Shown one piece after another: positions 30,571-46,786 of a stretch of 64,000 nucleotides of DNA; positions within the stretch are counted from its first letter, which is position 1, and every line of letters starts with the position of its first letter. The stretch is from the NCBI RefSeq assembly GCF_009914755.1, contig NC_060927.1; one strand, 5' to 3'. The DNA is from the human T2T-CHM13v2.0 reference genome, Homo sapiens. The translations under genes were made by a program, and so were the position numbers. A model generated the notes under the pieces. The model was not told the origin of the DNA and searched no databases. It saw only the letters and a program-made list of their open reading frames with translations.

Positions 30571-30624
30571 CTACAGAGAGAAGGAGGAGGGGCGGGGTGT
30601 GTTGTCAGGCGGCACGGCGGGGAA

Positions 30625-31050
30625 ATGGCAGTGCTGCGACAGAGGACCTCGACTCTGGACTACACAGCCTCGCACTCCAATCTCAGTTCTGCCACTTGTT
30701 GCTGGAGGAATCTTAAGTCAAGTTTCTTAAACACTCTCTGCCTCAGTTTCTTCACCTATAAACCACAGGCCCCAACCCCCAGGGCTGCTGGGATATATAC
30801 CAAGCAGGTACTCAGAACAGTGCCTGGCACTGAGGAAGTGCCAGGTAAGGGCAGCTGTTGCTATTTGTGCAAATTCTGACATTTGTCATTCTGAACATAA
30901 CCCTCATAACAAAAGAGGTACAACTGTTACCTCCACTGAGAGATGAAAGAATTGAGACTTAGAAAAATGAAGGAATTTGCTCAAAATCATGCAGTTAGCA
31001 AAAGACTACCTGTTTGTGAAATCAGAGCCCAGCAGTTTTAACCTCTCTCA
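30625..31050. mobile_element. Two MIRs tail to tail (+ 30625-30875, - 30880-31050)
   Basis: ctctgcctcagtttcttcacctataaa...agaacagtgcctggcac; agatgaaagaattgagacttag. Confidence 0.72.
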
Positions 31051-31208
31051 TCTGGTCTTTCTTCCCTTACTTAACTTCCCGAAAGAGAGAGACAGAGACA
31101 GAAAGAGAGAATGAGAGATGGGGAGAAACACAGAGACAGGGAGGAGGGGGGAAGCGAAGAAAACACGTTAGAGGTAAATAACTTTTTAAGCTAATAAAAA
31201 ATAACCTT

Positions 31209-31337
31209 GGCCAGGTGTGGTGGCTGACGCCTGTAATCCCAAAACTTTGGGAGGCCAAAGCAGGAGGATCACTTGAGCCCAGCAGTTCAGGGCCAGCCTG
31301 GACAACACTGCCTCTTAAAACTAAATAAATAAATAAA
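31209..31337 (+). mobile_element. Alu left monomer (FLAM_C-like)
   Basis: Left arm plus (TAAA)n tail. Confidence 0.82.
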
Positions 31338-32700
31338 CGTAATTAATTGCAAATGAAATTCCACCAGGCCAAACTCTCAGTGGCTACATAGTAAGTGGTT
31401 ACACCTCTCCTAGCCTCCTAGACCAGTTGCACCTTGATTCTAGCTGAGTTTCACTAAGCAGGGCAAATGAAGCAGGAGAAGGCTCGGAGGGAACCCACCT
31501 GAAATGAAGCTCAGCTGTCTTTGAAGAGTCTATCTATTCTAAGGCTCAGGAGTGGTGGCATGATGAATATCGCTGCTAGGAGAAGAAATGCAAAACCATA
31601 TAACATTTTTGCCTTTCCATCCTTGAAATGCCTTACAATTTCCCTTGGAAAAAAAAAATTGTCTTGTAATTCTTATTTTTCTTTACTTCACTTTTTCATT
31701 TCCAGAACTGCTATGGTTCTGGCTGAAGTATCAGAATGACAACCATGGATCTTCTACAATGCCACCATCAGTCTCTCAGCAATTGTAGCAAAGGGAAAAA
31801 CAACACCACTGAGGCCGCCAGTCACAATATTTACCCATGCCAGAGTGTTCTGTTTGTTTTCGGTGGAGGATGCAGAGAGTAGATAAACGAAAAGCAAAAC
31901 TTCTCTGTGTCAAAACACAAGCTGAAGATGATTTCCTTCTCCACTGCCCATGTATGAAATATACACAAATCCAGGGCAGCCCTGGGCCGAAGGAGTGTTT
32001 ATGGTTCTGCCCGGCCATAAACATGCCAGCCTTCAAAACACCAGGACATCAAACAAACAAGGCAGTTCCAGAAAGGATATATCGACTTTTGACGTCTAAT
32101 GCTCTGGGTGAAATAACTTTGTTTCCCCTAAAAATAGATAAACTAAAATAAATATAAGAGTATTCTACAGCAATGTAGCTAGCCGCATCTTCCTGTGACT
32201 CACTGTTTGATAATAACTATGGGCCAGGAACTAAGTGCTTTTTGGTGGAATGACTGATGCTCTTCATACCAACTCGGTGAGGAATTTAAAATGACATCCC
32301 TTTGCAGATAAGGAGACTGAGTCTCAAAGAGGTAAATAACTATGTAGGTTTACATAGCCTGCCACCGGCATTTGGACCTTGGTGTGTGAGATTCTGTAGG
32401 GTGAAGTCTAACAAAATGGCCCCACCTTCAGTTAAGGATTCAAATGATCACCTAGTAGCCCTTCAACCAGGGTTAAAGCTAAACTCATTCAGAGTTTCTG
32501 GCTCTAAACCTCACTCTCATTTCTTTACAGTGAAACACAGAAATTTAAAAAATTCAAAGTAGGCATACTTTCAGGTGGCTAAAATTAAAAGATCATCAAT
32601 ACCAAGCGCCGACAAGGACGTTAAATAATGGAAACCCATAGACTACTCGTGGTAACATAAACTAGAAGAGCTGGAACACTGCTTAAAATTACCTATTGAA

Positions 32701-32995
<295 letters not shown>

Positions 32996-33217
32996 TATGT
33001 TATTGGGATTAGAAAAATGCATAGTCTAACCCAATCCTACAAGTCCACTCTGAGGCATACCCTAGAGAAATGAAAATACATATATACCAAAAGGCATAAT
33101 GACAGTATAATAATTTGTAATAGTCCAAACTACAAGCAACACAAATCTCATCAAAAGTAGGACACATGAGTAAATGTAGATATATGCATGCTATAGTATT
33201 ATACAGAAGTCAAAATG

Positions 33218-33537
<320 letters not shown>

Positions 33538-33668
33538 GGAATGAACTACAGCTACATGCGACATGGACAAATCTCAATACAATGTTGAGGAAATGAAGTC
33601 AGGTATAAAAGAATCCATACTGAGTGAATCTATCTGTACAAAGTTCCAAAACAAGAAAATGGGAATAG

Positions 33669-34043
<375 letters not shown>

Positions 34044-34690
34044 CTAGTTCTTGATTGAACTGTTGTAACCCATATGGACTGACTTTGTGGTAACTCATCC
34101 ACTGCGATTTATGCCCTTCTCAATCAAATGACCTCCCTCTCCTTCCCTCTTCCTCCCTCTTAAAACAAAAAAGTAGGGACATTCATAAAACCTTCAAGTC
34201 TAAATCAAGTTTTTGAGACTTACACAGGAAAAAATAGGTACAGTGTAAGACATTCTAAATTTAGCTCAATATTCTTAACATGCAGGAACAACTCTATGGA
34301 GAAATCCCTTCACCCTCCAATGTTCAACTCAGCAACATTTTAAACTCTGTTCACATCCAATAAAGACCTGCTTATTGTATCATCAAAAAGGTATGCATGC
34401 AATCCATCTCAAGAAGAGGCTTACCTGCACAGTGACTAGGGTTTACTGCAATGACAAAGTCATTTCATGCCTTGACCGAAAATAGCCTTAGACTGGGTAA
34501 AAACTGGGCATTCTCTGCAGTGGTTCCTAAGAGAAGCTGAGGTTAGTGTGGAATTAAATATCCTTATCTGCATGGGTAGACTTAACTTCCAAAAGTCGTA
34601 CAGAAGACAACAGAGTTCCGGGTAATATGGCCCATATATCGGAGGTTTAAAGCTGATGCCCATGGTGCTTGTGAGCAAAAATACACATTT

Positions 34691-35041
<351 letters not shown>

Positions 35042-35439
35042 TTACAACTGCCAAAGCCAAAGCCTGAATGAGTTCTAAAAGTCTCTGGAAGTTTCTGAGG
35101 GCACAGTCACTCCAAAAGATACAAATCCTGGGACTCTGAACTAGCTTTGTTTGACAGCCCCTTCCTTTGGTTAAATTCCAAAAATATCTCAGGCTCACCT
35201 CAAGCTTACTGCATTCAAACGTTCTCTGATTTCTCCTTCCTCTCTACTGCATCCTTTGTCTTCTACTCCCTTAAGACATTATTCCTTTCCTACTTGCCCT
35301 TTACTCAAGTTGTCTTTATCCTCTTAGCTATACAATGATTTAATTCAGTACAAAGAACATCACTATTCTACCCATCACTGATTCCCCAGGGCAAGGCACT
35401 ATGTCTGTGCACAGTAAGTGAGTGATGCTCTTTTTGTTA

Positions 35440-36101
<662 letters not shown>

Positions 36102-38116
36102 AATAAATTCTCTTTTAATACTAGCAACAACAGAGACAAGTATCTTTCTGTTCTTGTCAAACCAATGACTGCAGCTCTGTATGTTTCCGGAGTGATTTAA
36201 ACTTGCCAGATGAGCTTTTAGCCAGTCAAACTGATTTTCCTTTGAGCCTAGATTCCTCATGTGGAAAAGCTCCCAGAAAAGCTTGACTAGATAAGAAAAA
36301 AGTGATGTCTAGACAATTCTGCGTTAGCCTTCTGCTGGGAAAACCTCCAGCTGTTTCACTGAACCTCATACAACCAAATCATAGTTCACATTTCACAGAT
36401 TCCTCACCAGGGTTTTGACATCTTGGGGGAAAAGAACTGAAGAAGGGTGGGCAAGACATCTGACTATAGGGCGGTTTCTAATAAAGCAATAAGTACAAAC
36501 AATTCCAAGAAAACTAGGATGTCACTGGTCCCTGTGGTCACCAAACAAGAAGGATGTCTGTCCTATGTAAGGACACTGAAGAGGGGAAAAAGTGCGTAAT
36601 CCTAATTTAATTATAATATTTTTTCCTATAATCAGAGAGGAGAAAGTCACCCAAGCTTGAAGCCAAAATTATAAATTTCATTGTCCACACAAATTGTACA
36701 AGATTTCCCTTGAGCAGACTGCAGGGAGGTGGGCTCTTGTTATCCTTCCTTCCTTTCAACTCTTCCATTTCTGTCTGTAATTTCCCCACCTTTGTTTCCA
36801 TATAACTTCACCATCCTTGCTCCTATATGGCCACAAAGAAAATTCTGAGAAAAGAGTTGAAATACCCCAGTTAAATAGATTCCTTCCTTGTCTATTAAGA
36901 AGACATCACTCTTATTTACTTTCTGTACCTTGGCTCTAAGCTATAAGTTCATCTGTCTTTTCTATGCTATAGGCAGTACAGAGCATGGGCCAGCCTGAAA
37001 TGGCAGGCCTGCAAAAATTGATATGCCAAATGAGAAATAAGAAAACTTGCTTTCAACTAACATGAAATCCCGGAATAACCTTTGAATTTCCATGACACCA
37101 TTCATCTAGGGATAAGAGGGGAAGGCAGAAGGGGGCATTCCTGTGTCCATTTGGTGTACCCCTGCAACAGGCTATTACCACTTACTGCAATGCATTAAAG
37201 GTAGGACAGACAGCTAGGAAACGAACTGGTCTCTGTCCAGTCGAAGAATTAGTCAACACAAATCTACAGAAGTCACCTTGAGCTTGGTACTATCTACCCA
37301 TAATGCATTTCCCCTCACCTCTTTAAATTCATTCAGTTATTCAGCCCCTCCCTTCCTGGGTGGTAACTACAACTGTTATTTTCAACTCCAGTTCCTTATG
37401 CAACACTGCAAAATGCATAACTGAACTGTACACTGTTAACTAAATAGATGATCAGTATAATAAAGAGTCCTCATGTAAATTAAGGAAAACATGTAAAAAC
37501 CCCCCAAAAATCCACTGAAAAATCATTTGTGCATTCAACATAGAAAGACCCTTAAATATGCTATGCAGGGTATCTTAGAAAATAATATTAAAATGAAGCC
37601 CTCTTGGAGAAACTAATGACTTGTTTTTAAAGGTCTAGTGAGTGCCTAGATAGTGCCTTACTAAGGCATTCCGCAGAAAACAGGGTTCCTTGTATTCAGC
37701 GCAGTCAGGAGGTGAACTGATATCAAAGAACCACATCCATTCGTGTCATTTTACACGTTTCAAGAAACAAACTTTCCAATAAAGACAGACTCCATTCCTC
37801 TTCCCCCAACCTTCCTGTCAGGCTTCCCTTAATAAAGTTTCTGCCAGATAAACATCATGAATGTTCCATTGTGCTGAGAAGAAAGAAGTTTACAGCAAAT
37901 TGCTTGGTTAGAGCTAAGAGTCTGGGAGCCACCTGAGCAAATCAGCTAAGTGCTTTGGAAAAAGCTATTTCCAAATTGGGACAGCTTCCATGAAGTGACT
38001 GGGCATAGTCTTCATGAAGAGGTTGTTTGTCTCCTCCTATCCGTCATATCAGTAGTTTCAAGATAAGAAGAAAGCATATTTGGACTGTTTGTTCTCATGG
38101 ACATTAATCTGATTGT

Positions 38117-38415
38117 ATTTTTTTTTTTTTTTTTTTTGACGGAGTCTCTCTCTGTCGCCCAGGCTGGAGTGCAGTGGTGCGATCTCCGTTCACTGCAAGC
38201 TCTGCAGTGGTTCACGCCATTCTCCTACTCAGCCTCCTGAGTAGCTGGGACTACAGGCACCCGCCACCATGCCCGGCTAATTTTTTTTTGTATTTTTAGT
38301 AGAGACGGGGTTTCACCATGTTAGCCAGGATGGTCTTGATCTCCTGATCTCGTGATCCACCCGCCTCGGCCTCCCAAAGTGCTAGGATTACAGGCGTGAG
38401 CCACCGCGCCCGGCC
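38117..38415 (-). mobile_element. AluY
   Basis: Reverse dimer; ttcacgccattctcc; TSD ctga(a)ttgtatttt. Confidence 0.92.
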
Positions 38416-38540
38416 TCTGAATTGTATTTTTCAAGTGTACTAAAGTTCCTCCAGGAACTACACACACAACAAATGTACTTTCCAACTTGCTTATTTAGGA
38501 AGATCAGCTTTGTTACATCAAAACGTCCATTAGAAAGTCA

Positions 38541-39630
<1,090 letters not shown>

Positions 39631-39987
39631 AATAATGACAATGTAATGTAGGATGGGCAGTTTGTAACTTTTCTATAATAATTCTTATATGATTTTAAAA
39701 GGGCCCTATGCGAACTACTTTAACATGCACTATTTTACTTGAAATCGCACAACACTCCCAAAACAGGAGAAAAATTTCATAAAGACAGAGAGCTTTGCTT
39801 GTTGTATACATTTATTTATTTCAAGATTTGGCACAATGCCAGGGATAGAGTGGTACTTAATGATATCTGTGGACTGAAGGTCAACACTTTTTCATATATT
39901 AGACAAATACAGCTCATAATGATTAAGAAATTTGTCTGAGACCACAAGGCTGGGAAATGACTAAGCCAAGCTTCCAATGAAGGGCAG

Positions 39988-40459
39988 TGAGTCAGATTCC
40001 TGAGTCTAGTTCATCTAATATAATTGTTAAGGGTGTTAACATTAATCTTTACTGCATCACATTTCTGCAAGGAAGCTTTGAGCCACCATCCTGAAGACTG
40101 AGAAACCAACACAATTTTAACCCATTAAGCACAGCAACTGCCCTGCCCTGTCTTTCAATATCCTGTCCCTGTCTCATTCACAGTGTACCTCTGCCCCCAG
40201 TAATTACCTTAGCGTCAGAGATCCACAAACAAAAACAATGTTAAGACTTGAGAGAAGCCAAACCACTCACCTGCTGAGGTATGGCAGCCCTAACTGTGGG
40301 AGTATCACCTCCCTACTGATATCAAAATCAGACCCTACAAAGGAGAAAGAAAGGTCATCTGAAATCACCTTGACACTCCAAACAGGGACTTATATCTGTG
40401 GGTCAGAGAGTGAATGAGTCATAGAGAGAAGAACACTTCATAGAACAGGGCATGAGTCA
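39988..40459. promoter_or_regulatory. AP-1 motif cluster (candidate enhancer)
   Basis: TGAGTCA at 39988-39994, 40415-40421 and 40453-40459; GC box near 40525. Confidence 0.4.
40271..40334 (-). other. Candidate cassette exon (64 nt)
   Basis: Acceptor gacctttctttctcctttgtag|G; consensus donor CAG|GTGAGT. Confidence 0.4.
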
Positions 40460-41239
40460 CTGGTTCCTTTCTTATTGAGATAGAAAGAAAGGTATATCCT
40501 TTTATACATCTTGGGGGTAGTGCGGGGGCGGGGGGAACCACCATCTCTTTCATTTGCTCCCATTCTCATAGCTCCATGAACTGTCCACAAGTTATCACCG
40601 GTGAGTATGTGGTTCTCTTTTCAAGGCAGGGCTATCGCCCTTAACTTCCACTCCTCTCCAAACTTCAGGTTGTTTAGCACTAACTCCACTCAGACAGATT
40701 TTTTGAGCAGCTGCACACCTTTGTCTCCCTGACCAGAATCCCCAGGAATCATGCAAATCCTCAGGCATATCCTAGGTTCACTTTCAGGGGATTCCCTGAG
40801 GATGCCCCTTTTTTATGTTCAACAGCCTTAGGAAGCCACCCCCAAGTCCAACAGATACACAGTCCCCTTTTTGTGGATGTCCAGGCCACACAAGAAATGG
40901 AAAGAATTTCAATAAGAAACTCTCCCGGAAACTATATGCATATGCATATCTACTTCTAGGTACTGATGATACCAAGGACTCTTTCATAAAGACAAGCACA
41001 TTCGCCAAAGCCCCAAGGCATAATTAGCCTTGCTCTAAAACTTTCCTAAGTGGCCAGAATCTACTGCATATATTTTTCTTAGCCAAGAAACAGATGTAGA
41101 GTATAAATGGTTTTCCACTGAGTACCTTCAAAACAGATGCAACTATTTGGTAAATGTTCCATCTGCCCAGAGTATCCATTGTCAATGGAGACCAGACATA
41201 CAAACTCCGAGGATCATTTAATTCAGTGTTCAAAAGAAC

Positions 41240-41600
41240 TTCCATCATTTGCATCCCAGCCTCCTGACTTTTGCCACATATGGGTACCACTTCTACTATT
41301 CCACGTTACCCTTTTTAAAACCACTTTATTTTCATGTAATTAAATATATTTTAAATGGAAACTTCATATCACCTCTAGGAATAGACATGCAGAACCAGCT
41401 GCCATAAAAATGAAGTAACTAAAAGCAAATACATTGAAAGCAAAATCTTGCCATTAAAAGGTATGGTCTCTCAATTAGGAAGGAAAATTAGCAAATGTTA
41501 GGGGGTGCTGAAGACATATTAACACCTGATAGAGACTTACTTGATGTAATCTCAAGAACTGAGAAAGGATTAATGGAAGAGGAGGAAAGGAATGAATTTG
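41240..41600. mobile_element. Charlie4-like hAT fossil (related pieces about 2140-2330 and 3310-3535)
   Basis: aaattagcaaatgttagggggtgctgaagacatattaacacc resembles gatttgctagtgcaagaagatattaaagactcacaggcacc. Confidence 0.45.
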
Positions 41601-41654
41601 AACTGAAGCAGGAACTCAAGTGAGAAGACAAAATCTGAGGACTCTGTTTCACCC

Positions 41655-41946
41655 TTTTTTTTTTTCTTTTTGGTTTTGTTTGTTTGTTTTTGAGACGGAG
41701 TCTTACTCGGTCGCCCAGCCTGGAGTGCAGTGGCTCACTTCAACCTCCATCTCCCAAGTTCAAGCAACACTCCTGCTTCAGTCTGCCTAGTAGAATGCAC
41801 CACCATGCCCAGCTAATATTCTGTATTTTTAAGAGATGGGATTTCGCCATGTTGGCTGGGCTGGTCTCGAACTCTGACCTCAAGTGATCCGCCTGCCTCC
41901 ACCTCCCAAAGTGCTGGGATTACAGATGTGAGCCATCACGCCCCAC
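41655..41946 (-). mobile_element. AluS with deletions
   Basis: Reverse dimer. Confidence 0.87.
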
Positions 41947-42499
41947 CAGTCACCCTCCTCTTTATACTGCTTACTATGGGCTACTTCTCAGAGATAGAAG
42001 ACGGTATCAATGCCACAATCTAGGGTAAATGACCAACTGGAGTGTGGTTTGTCCTCAAAACTTCCATGTATAAGATAGAGTCAGTAGTATACTTATTTCT
42101 ATTTTCTAACCTTCTTCCCACAAAATATTTTGGACAACAAACTAAGAGTAATTTGCTAGCATCTCAGAAGCTAAACAGGTGACCAATGATGGCACTGCCA
42201 AAATACCCCATGGTAATTCCTATTCAGCTAAGTCAGTTAAAGCCCATACAGCAAAAGCCCTCTGAATTGGAAATACTAATGGAAGGGACAGTATTTTACC
42301 AAACTACAAAAAACAGCAAGGTGTTCTCTCTTCTGCAAGACTGACTTTTCAATAGCTAAAAGTTACACCAAAATAATAATAATAATAAATAATAGTTAGG
42401 TGCGTCTACCTATTTGTTTTATTCAATCACAGAAATCTCTGCCACCTTATAGAATCCTGAAATTTCTGCATCTTGCGACTGACAAAAAGAGAAAGGGCA

Positions 42500-42590
42500 A
42501 CTATTGGGAGGCCAGGGCAGGAGGATTGCTTGAGCCTAGAAGTTCGAGGTCGCAGTGGACTATGATGGCACCACTGTACTCCAGGATAGG
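42500..42590 (+). mobile_element. Alu right-arm fragment
   Basis: gggaggccagggcaggaggattgcttgagcctag...ccactgtactccag. Confidence 0.75.
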
Positions 42591-42904
42591 TGGGCAGGGG
42601 TAGGGGGGAGCGGGGAGAGTGGGGGCGCGGCCAAAGCCTAGAGATTATGGCCATAGAAATAAAATAGATTTGTGATCAAACCCCATTGCTGCTAATTACG
42701 AGGCATCAGCTTGTTCATCTGCAAGTGGGGATAATCTGCTTAAGGTGGTTTTGAAGACCAAATGAGGCAATGTACATAAAATGTCTGGCACAGTACCAGG
42801 CACACAGTTGCTTCTCCCTAAAATCCATGACACCTACTGAATTAGTCTTTTTTAAATCCATGAAATGAACATTACTTTAGCACTTACTCTCTTTCATATA
42901 CCAA

Positions 42905-43135
42905 ATGGTTAATAGACAGTAACCGTTGTTTTAAGTGTCGTACATGTATTAATACATTTAATCTCACAAAACTCTATGAAGTTAGCACTACCGCGATTTC
43001 CATTATACAGATGACAATACTGAGGCACAAAGAGGCTCAGCAACTTGCCCAGAGTCACAGAGTTAGTGGACAGTAGACCAGGATTCAAACCCAGACAATC
43101 TGGCACCACAGCACATATTCCTAACTACCCATACC
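42905..43135 (-). mobile_element. MIR
   Basis: catttaatctcacaaaactctatgaag...cagatgacaatactgaggcac...ggattcaaacccagac. Confidence 0.85.
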
Positions 43136-44134
43136 ATGGTGCCTTTGAAATGCTGGAGAAACATCACTGAAAAAGCCCAAAAAGGTAGACAGAGTGATAG
43201 ACAGTTGGACAGCTATGTGATAAAACAGCATGGTAAAATGTCAGTGGCAGAATCTAAGTAGCGGGCATACAGGTGTTTGCTAAAAAATTCTTTCAACGTT
43301 GCTGTATGTTTAAAATTTTTCATAAGAAAACATCGGGAGGAGAGCAAGGAAGAGCCCAGAGTGTCATCTCCTCCTCAAAGATGGAAGCGTACTGAAAAAA
43401 AAGGTTACGCCAATAATGTCAGGATGAAAGGATTTCCCCACCCCGACCTGCCTCCCCTCCAAAAAGTATCCCAGTTAAAATCTATAGGCCACAGATTCCA
43501 GTTACAGGTTGCCCCAACTGGGGCCAATGGCTGAGAAACAGAGAGAAGCAGATGGGCTGTAAAACTGGGTCCTCTGCCAGCTAAGCTAGAGAAACCATCT
43601 CCCAATTGAAAGTGTTAATGGAAATGCCAGGCCAAAGCAGTCGACAGGAAACGTTTCTTGACGCTGTACATGCAAACAAATATGGCTTCTCCTACAAAGA
43701 CAAAGAATGCAGTGGTCCAACCAGGCCTGTCTTTAAGTACTGGCAAGCACCCAAGGCAAGTTAACAGATTTCAACTTCTCAGGCTCTATAGATGAGTACC
43801 AGCTCTTGAAGACCTCCCAGGGGATGGAAGGGAAGGAAGAGTGAGGAAGGGGATTTCATCCAGGTGAAGCTGAGCCAGCGATTAAAGGGGAGGAGGCGTG
43901 AGTCTGCAGCGGTAATGCCCACACCTGGGGGTCAAGGAGGAAACTGAGGCAGTGCTCTCAAAGGAGACAGGTTATGTCTTTCACAAATGCTCCTATGACT
44001 GGTGCTGTACGGAATGTAATGAGATAAACCCTTGAACTGAAAGCCTGACAGCTTCTAGACTAGGTCTAAGGGAAGCAAGTAAATGAGAGACAGAAATGGA
44101 AAGAAAAATATGGTAAGAAAGGGAATTAAATTTT

Positions 44135-44790
44135 AGGCATGTTCTTATACAGTTGGCAAAAGTGAAAAATGATGCATCTTTTTGAAAGAGCAATTTGGCA
44201 ATATCGAACAAAAACATGAAATGTGTCCACCTTTTGAACCAGGAAAGTCCACTACTGGGATTTTATTTTACAAATGCAATTATATGTGCATAAAGATCAA
44301 AATACAACGATATATTACTGATTCCAGCATTGTTTGTAAAAACAAAAGTCTGAAAAGAACCTTAATGCTCATCAGCAGAGGACAGGCTTAATGAATTACA
44401 TACAGAACACTGATTCAAAGGTAAACTCCAAGTCATTGAAAAGAATGGAATCCATCTTGGTGCTGATGGAAAAAGAGCTCTAAAATGTAGCTGTAAACGT
44501 GAAGTGGAAAAAAACAAGGAGCAGAAACTCATATACACATATCATTTTTAAAATAAGGTGTGTGTGTATATGCACACAGATTCTCTATATAATATATATA
44601 TATTATATTTTTTTAAAGGCGAGCAAGAGAAAGGAGGGGAAACAAGTATACTTGTATACGTATAAACAATTCTAGGACAAGAAACTGGAGAAGTCAGGAT
44701 ATTAGAGACTTTTCACTCTATACCCTTTTTTATTATGATTGAATTTTTTAATTCTACACAGTTTTCTCACTTTAAATTACATATATACGA
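44135..44790 (+). mobile_element. L1ME fragment (also about 43210-43330)
   Basis: ctttttgaaagagcaatttggcaatatc, cagcattgtttgtaa. Confidence 0.65.
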
Positions 44791-45289
44791 ATATTCTACA
44801 TAAGACCATTTAAAATAAACTTTTATTCATAGGAAATGTAATGGTTTGTTTGAAATTTAGTCATAACATCCCTGTAAGTTTCATGCAATTAAATGCTTAT
44901 CGTATGCTAAACATTTGATGAGACGACCTTAAATCCAAGGTAGTCAGAGAGCATATTTGTAGACCAAGTTTTACATGGGATACAATCAAAAGAAGGACTA
45001 CGTAATTTGCTGTATTAGGAACATTTAGCAAAAGGCTAACACTCAGCTCAGAGTAATTCAAGCGAAAGAGTAAAGTTATTATCATACTGAGGTCCTTCAT
45101 AGAACCCAAGGGAAGAATTGAGGCTGGTCTGGAGAACAAGGGAAGTGAAGACTTGAACACCGTGGGGAGTCTCTCCATCTTCATGACTTCATTTCCTCTC
45201 ACTGTACAATAGTAGCTTCTTCCACATGCCACAAAACATTGCTCTCACAGTTCCTAGCTGTTATCTGTAACCATTTCACCGGGAGCGGA

Positions 45290-45500
45290 GGTATTTCTCA
45301 AGTTTGGAAGTACTGGCATTTTGGCTGGTATGGTTCTGTGTTAGGGGCTGGGGGGTGGCTGTCCTGTGCATTGTAGAATGTTTATCAGCATCCCTGGCCT
45401 CCATTCCCCCTCCTCGTAGTTGCAATAACCAAAAATATCTCCAGATATTGCCAAGTGCTCCCTAGGGGATAAAATTGCCACTGACCTGGGAGAAACTGAA
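45290..45500. mobile_element. MER20
   Basis: ctgtcctgtgcattgtagaatgtttatcagcatccctggcctc...aaccaaaaatatctccagatattgccaa. Confidence 0.82.
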
Positions 45501-45682
45501 CTGCTTGCTCATTCACCTTCCCAAGTGCTGGGGAAGGACGCTGACTGCCTAGCTTTTGGCTCAAATGTGGCTGAATAACTAGAGCACGCTTGCACTCACA
45601 AGGTGACCCCTTCATAAGCTTGTGGTTTAAGGAGTTGTTGCTCTTTACCACTGCTATAGGGCTTTCCCTAAACCCTCTAAGT

Positions 45683-45885
45683 CAGTACTGTCCAACACAA
45701 CTTTCTGCAAGAAGATATCCATCATGTGCTGTCCAAAACAGCAGCCACTAGCCATATGGGGCTATTAAGCACCTGAAATACAGCTCCTATTATCGAAGAA
45801 CTGCATTTTAAAATTTTTTATTTGACTTTCATTAATTAAATTTAAATAGACACATGTAACCCTCGACCACCTAACAGCACAGCTC
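45683..45885. mobile_element. MER3 (hAT-Charlie)
   Basis: cagtactgtccaacacaactttctgc...cagccactagccatatg. Confidence 0.75.
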
Positions 45886-46066
45886 TAAGTACTGAGAGCA
45901 TTTAAGCTCCTTTAGAACAGTTGCCAGCATACCATGGGGGCTTAATAAGTACTTGCTGAATAAAGGAATGAATATGATTGGGCTCAGGGTCTTGGTTGGC
46001 AAAAGTCATTAAACCAACTCAGATGGTTCCACCCATAGGAAAAATGGGAACTCAGTGAGAAAGGAG

Positions 46067-46532
46067 CAGAAACAGAAGCAACCCACTGTCCATCAACAGA
46101 TGAATGAATAAACAAATCGAGGTGTGCATACATGGCAGAATATTTATTAAGCTCTAAAAAAGAACACTATTTTGACACATGCTACAACGTGAATAACCTT
46201 GAAGACATTTTGCTAAGTGAACTATGCCGATCACAAAAGGACAAATACTCTATGAGTCCACTTATATGAGGTACCAAGAATAATTAAATTCATAGAGCTA
46301 GAATACAATGTTGGTTGCCAGGGATCGGGGGTACCAGGAAGTGGGGACTTAATATGTAATCGATAAAGAGTTTCAGTTTGGGAAGATGAAAAAGTTGTGG
46401 AGAGGAATGGTGGTGACGACTGCACAACAATATAAACATAACTAATGCCACAGAAGTGTACATGCAAAAGTGGCTAAAACGGTAAATTTTGTGTCAGGTA
46501 TACTTTACAATTTTGTTAAAAAAAAAAAAAAA
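46067..46532 (+). mobile_element. L1MB 3' end
   Basis: tgtccatcaacagatgaatg...cacaaaaggacaaatact...gagtttcagtttgggaagatgaaaaagtt; A tail. Confidence 0.88.
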
Positions 46533-46552
46533 GAATCAAGAAAGCTTAATAT

Positions 46553-46786
46553 GGTATGGTGGACTGAACCATTGCTCACAATTCTTTACAGCATCCCTAT
46601 ACTCCAGAAATAAATGGAACAAACCTGAACCCAACCCCACACTCTGGAGCCAACACCAGCCAACCCACACCCTAAGTAAAGCTACCCTACAAAGCTATGA
46701 CTGAGAGAATGAGATCCTTGCTGTTGCAGGTTATGGGTTCCAGGGAAGTTTGTTACACAGCATGTTTATAGCAAGAGTCAGATACA
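46553..46786 (+). mobile_element. MLT1 LTR remnant
   Basis: cacaattctttac...gtttgttacacagc...gataca. Confidence 0.55.
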
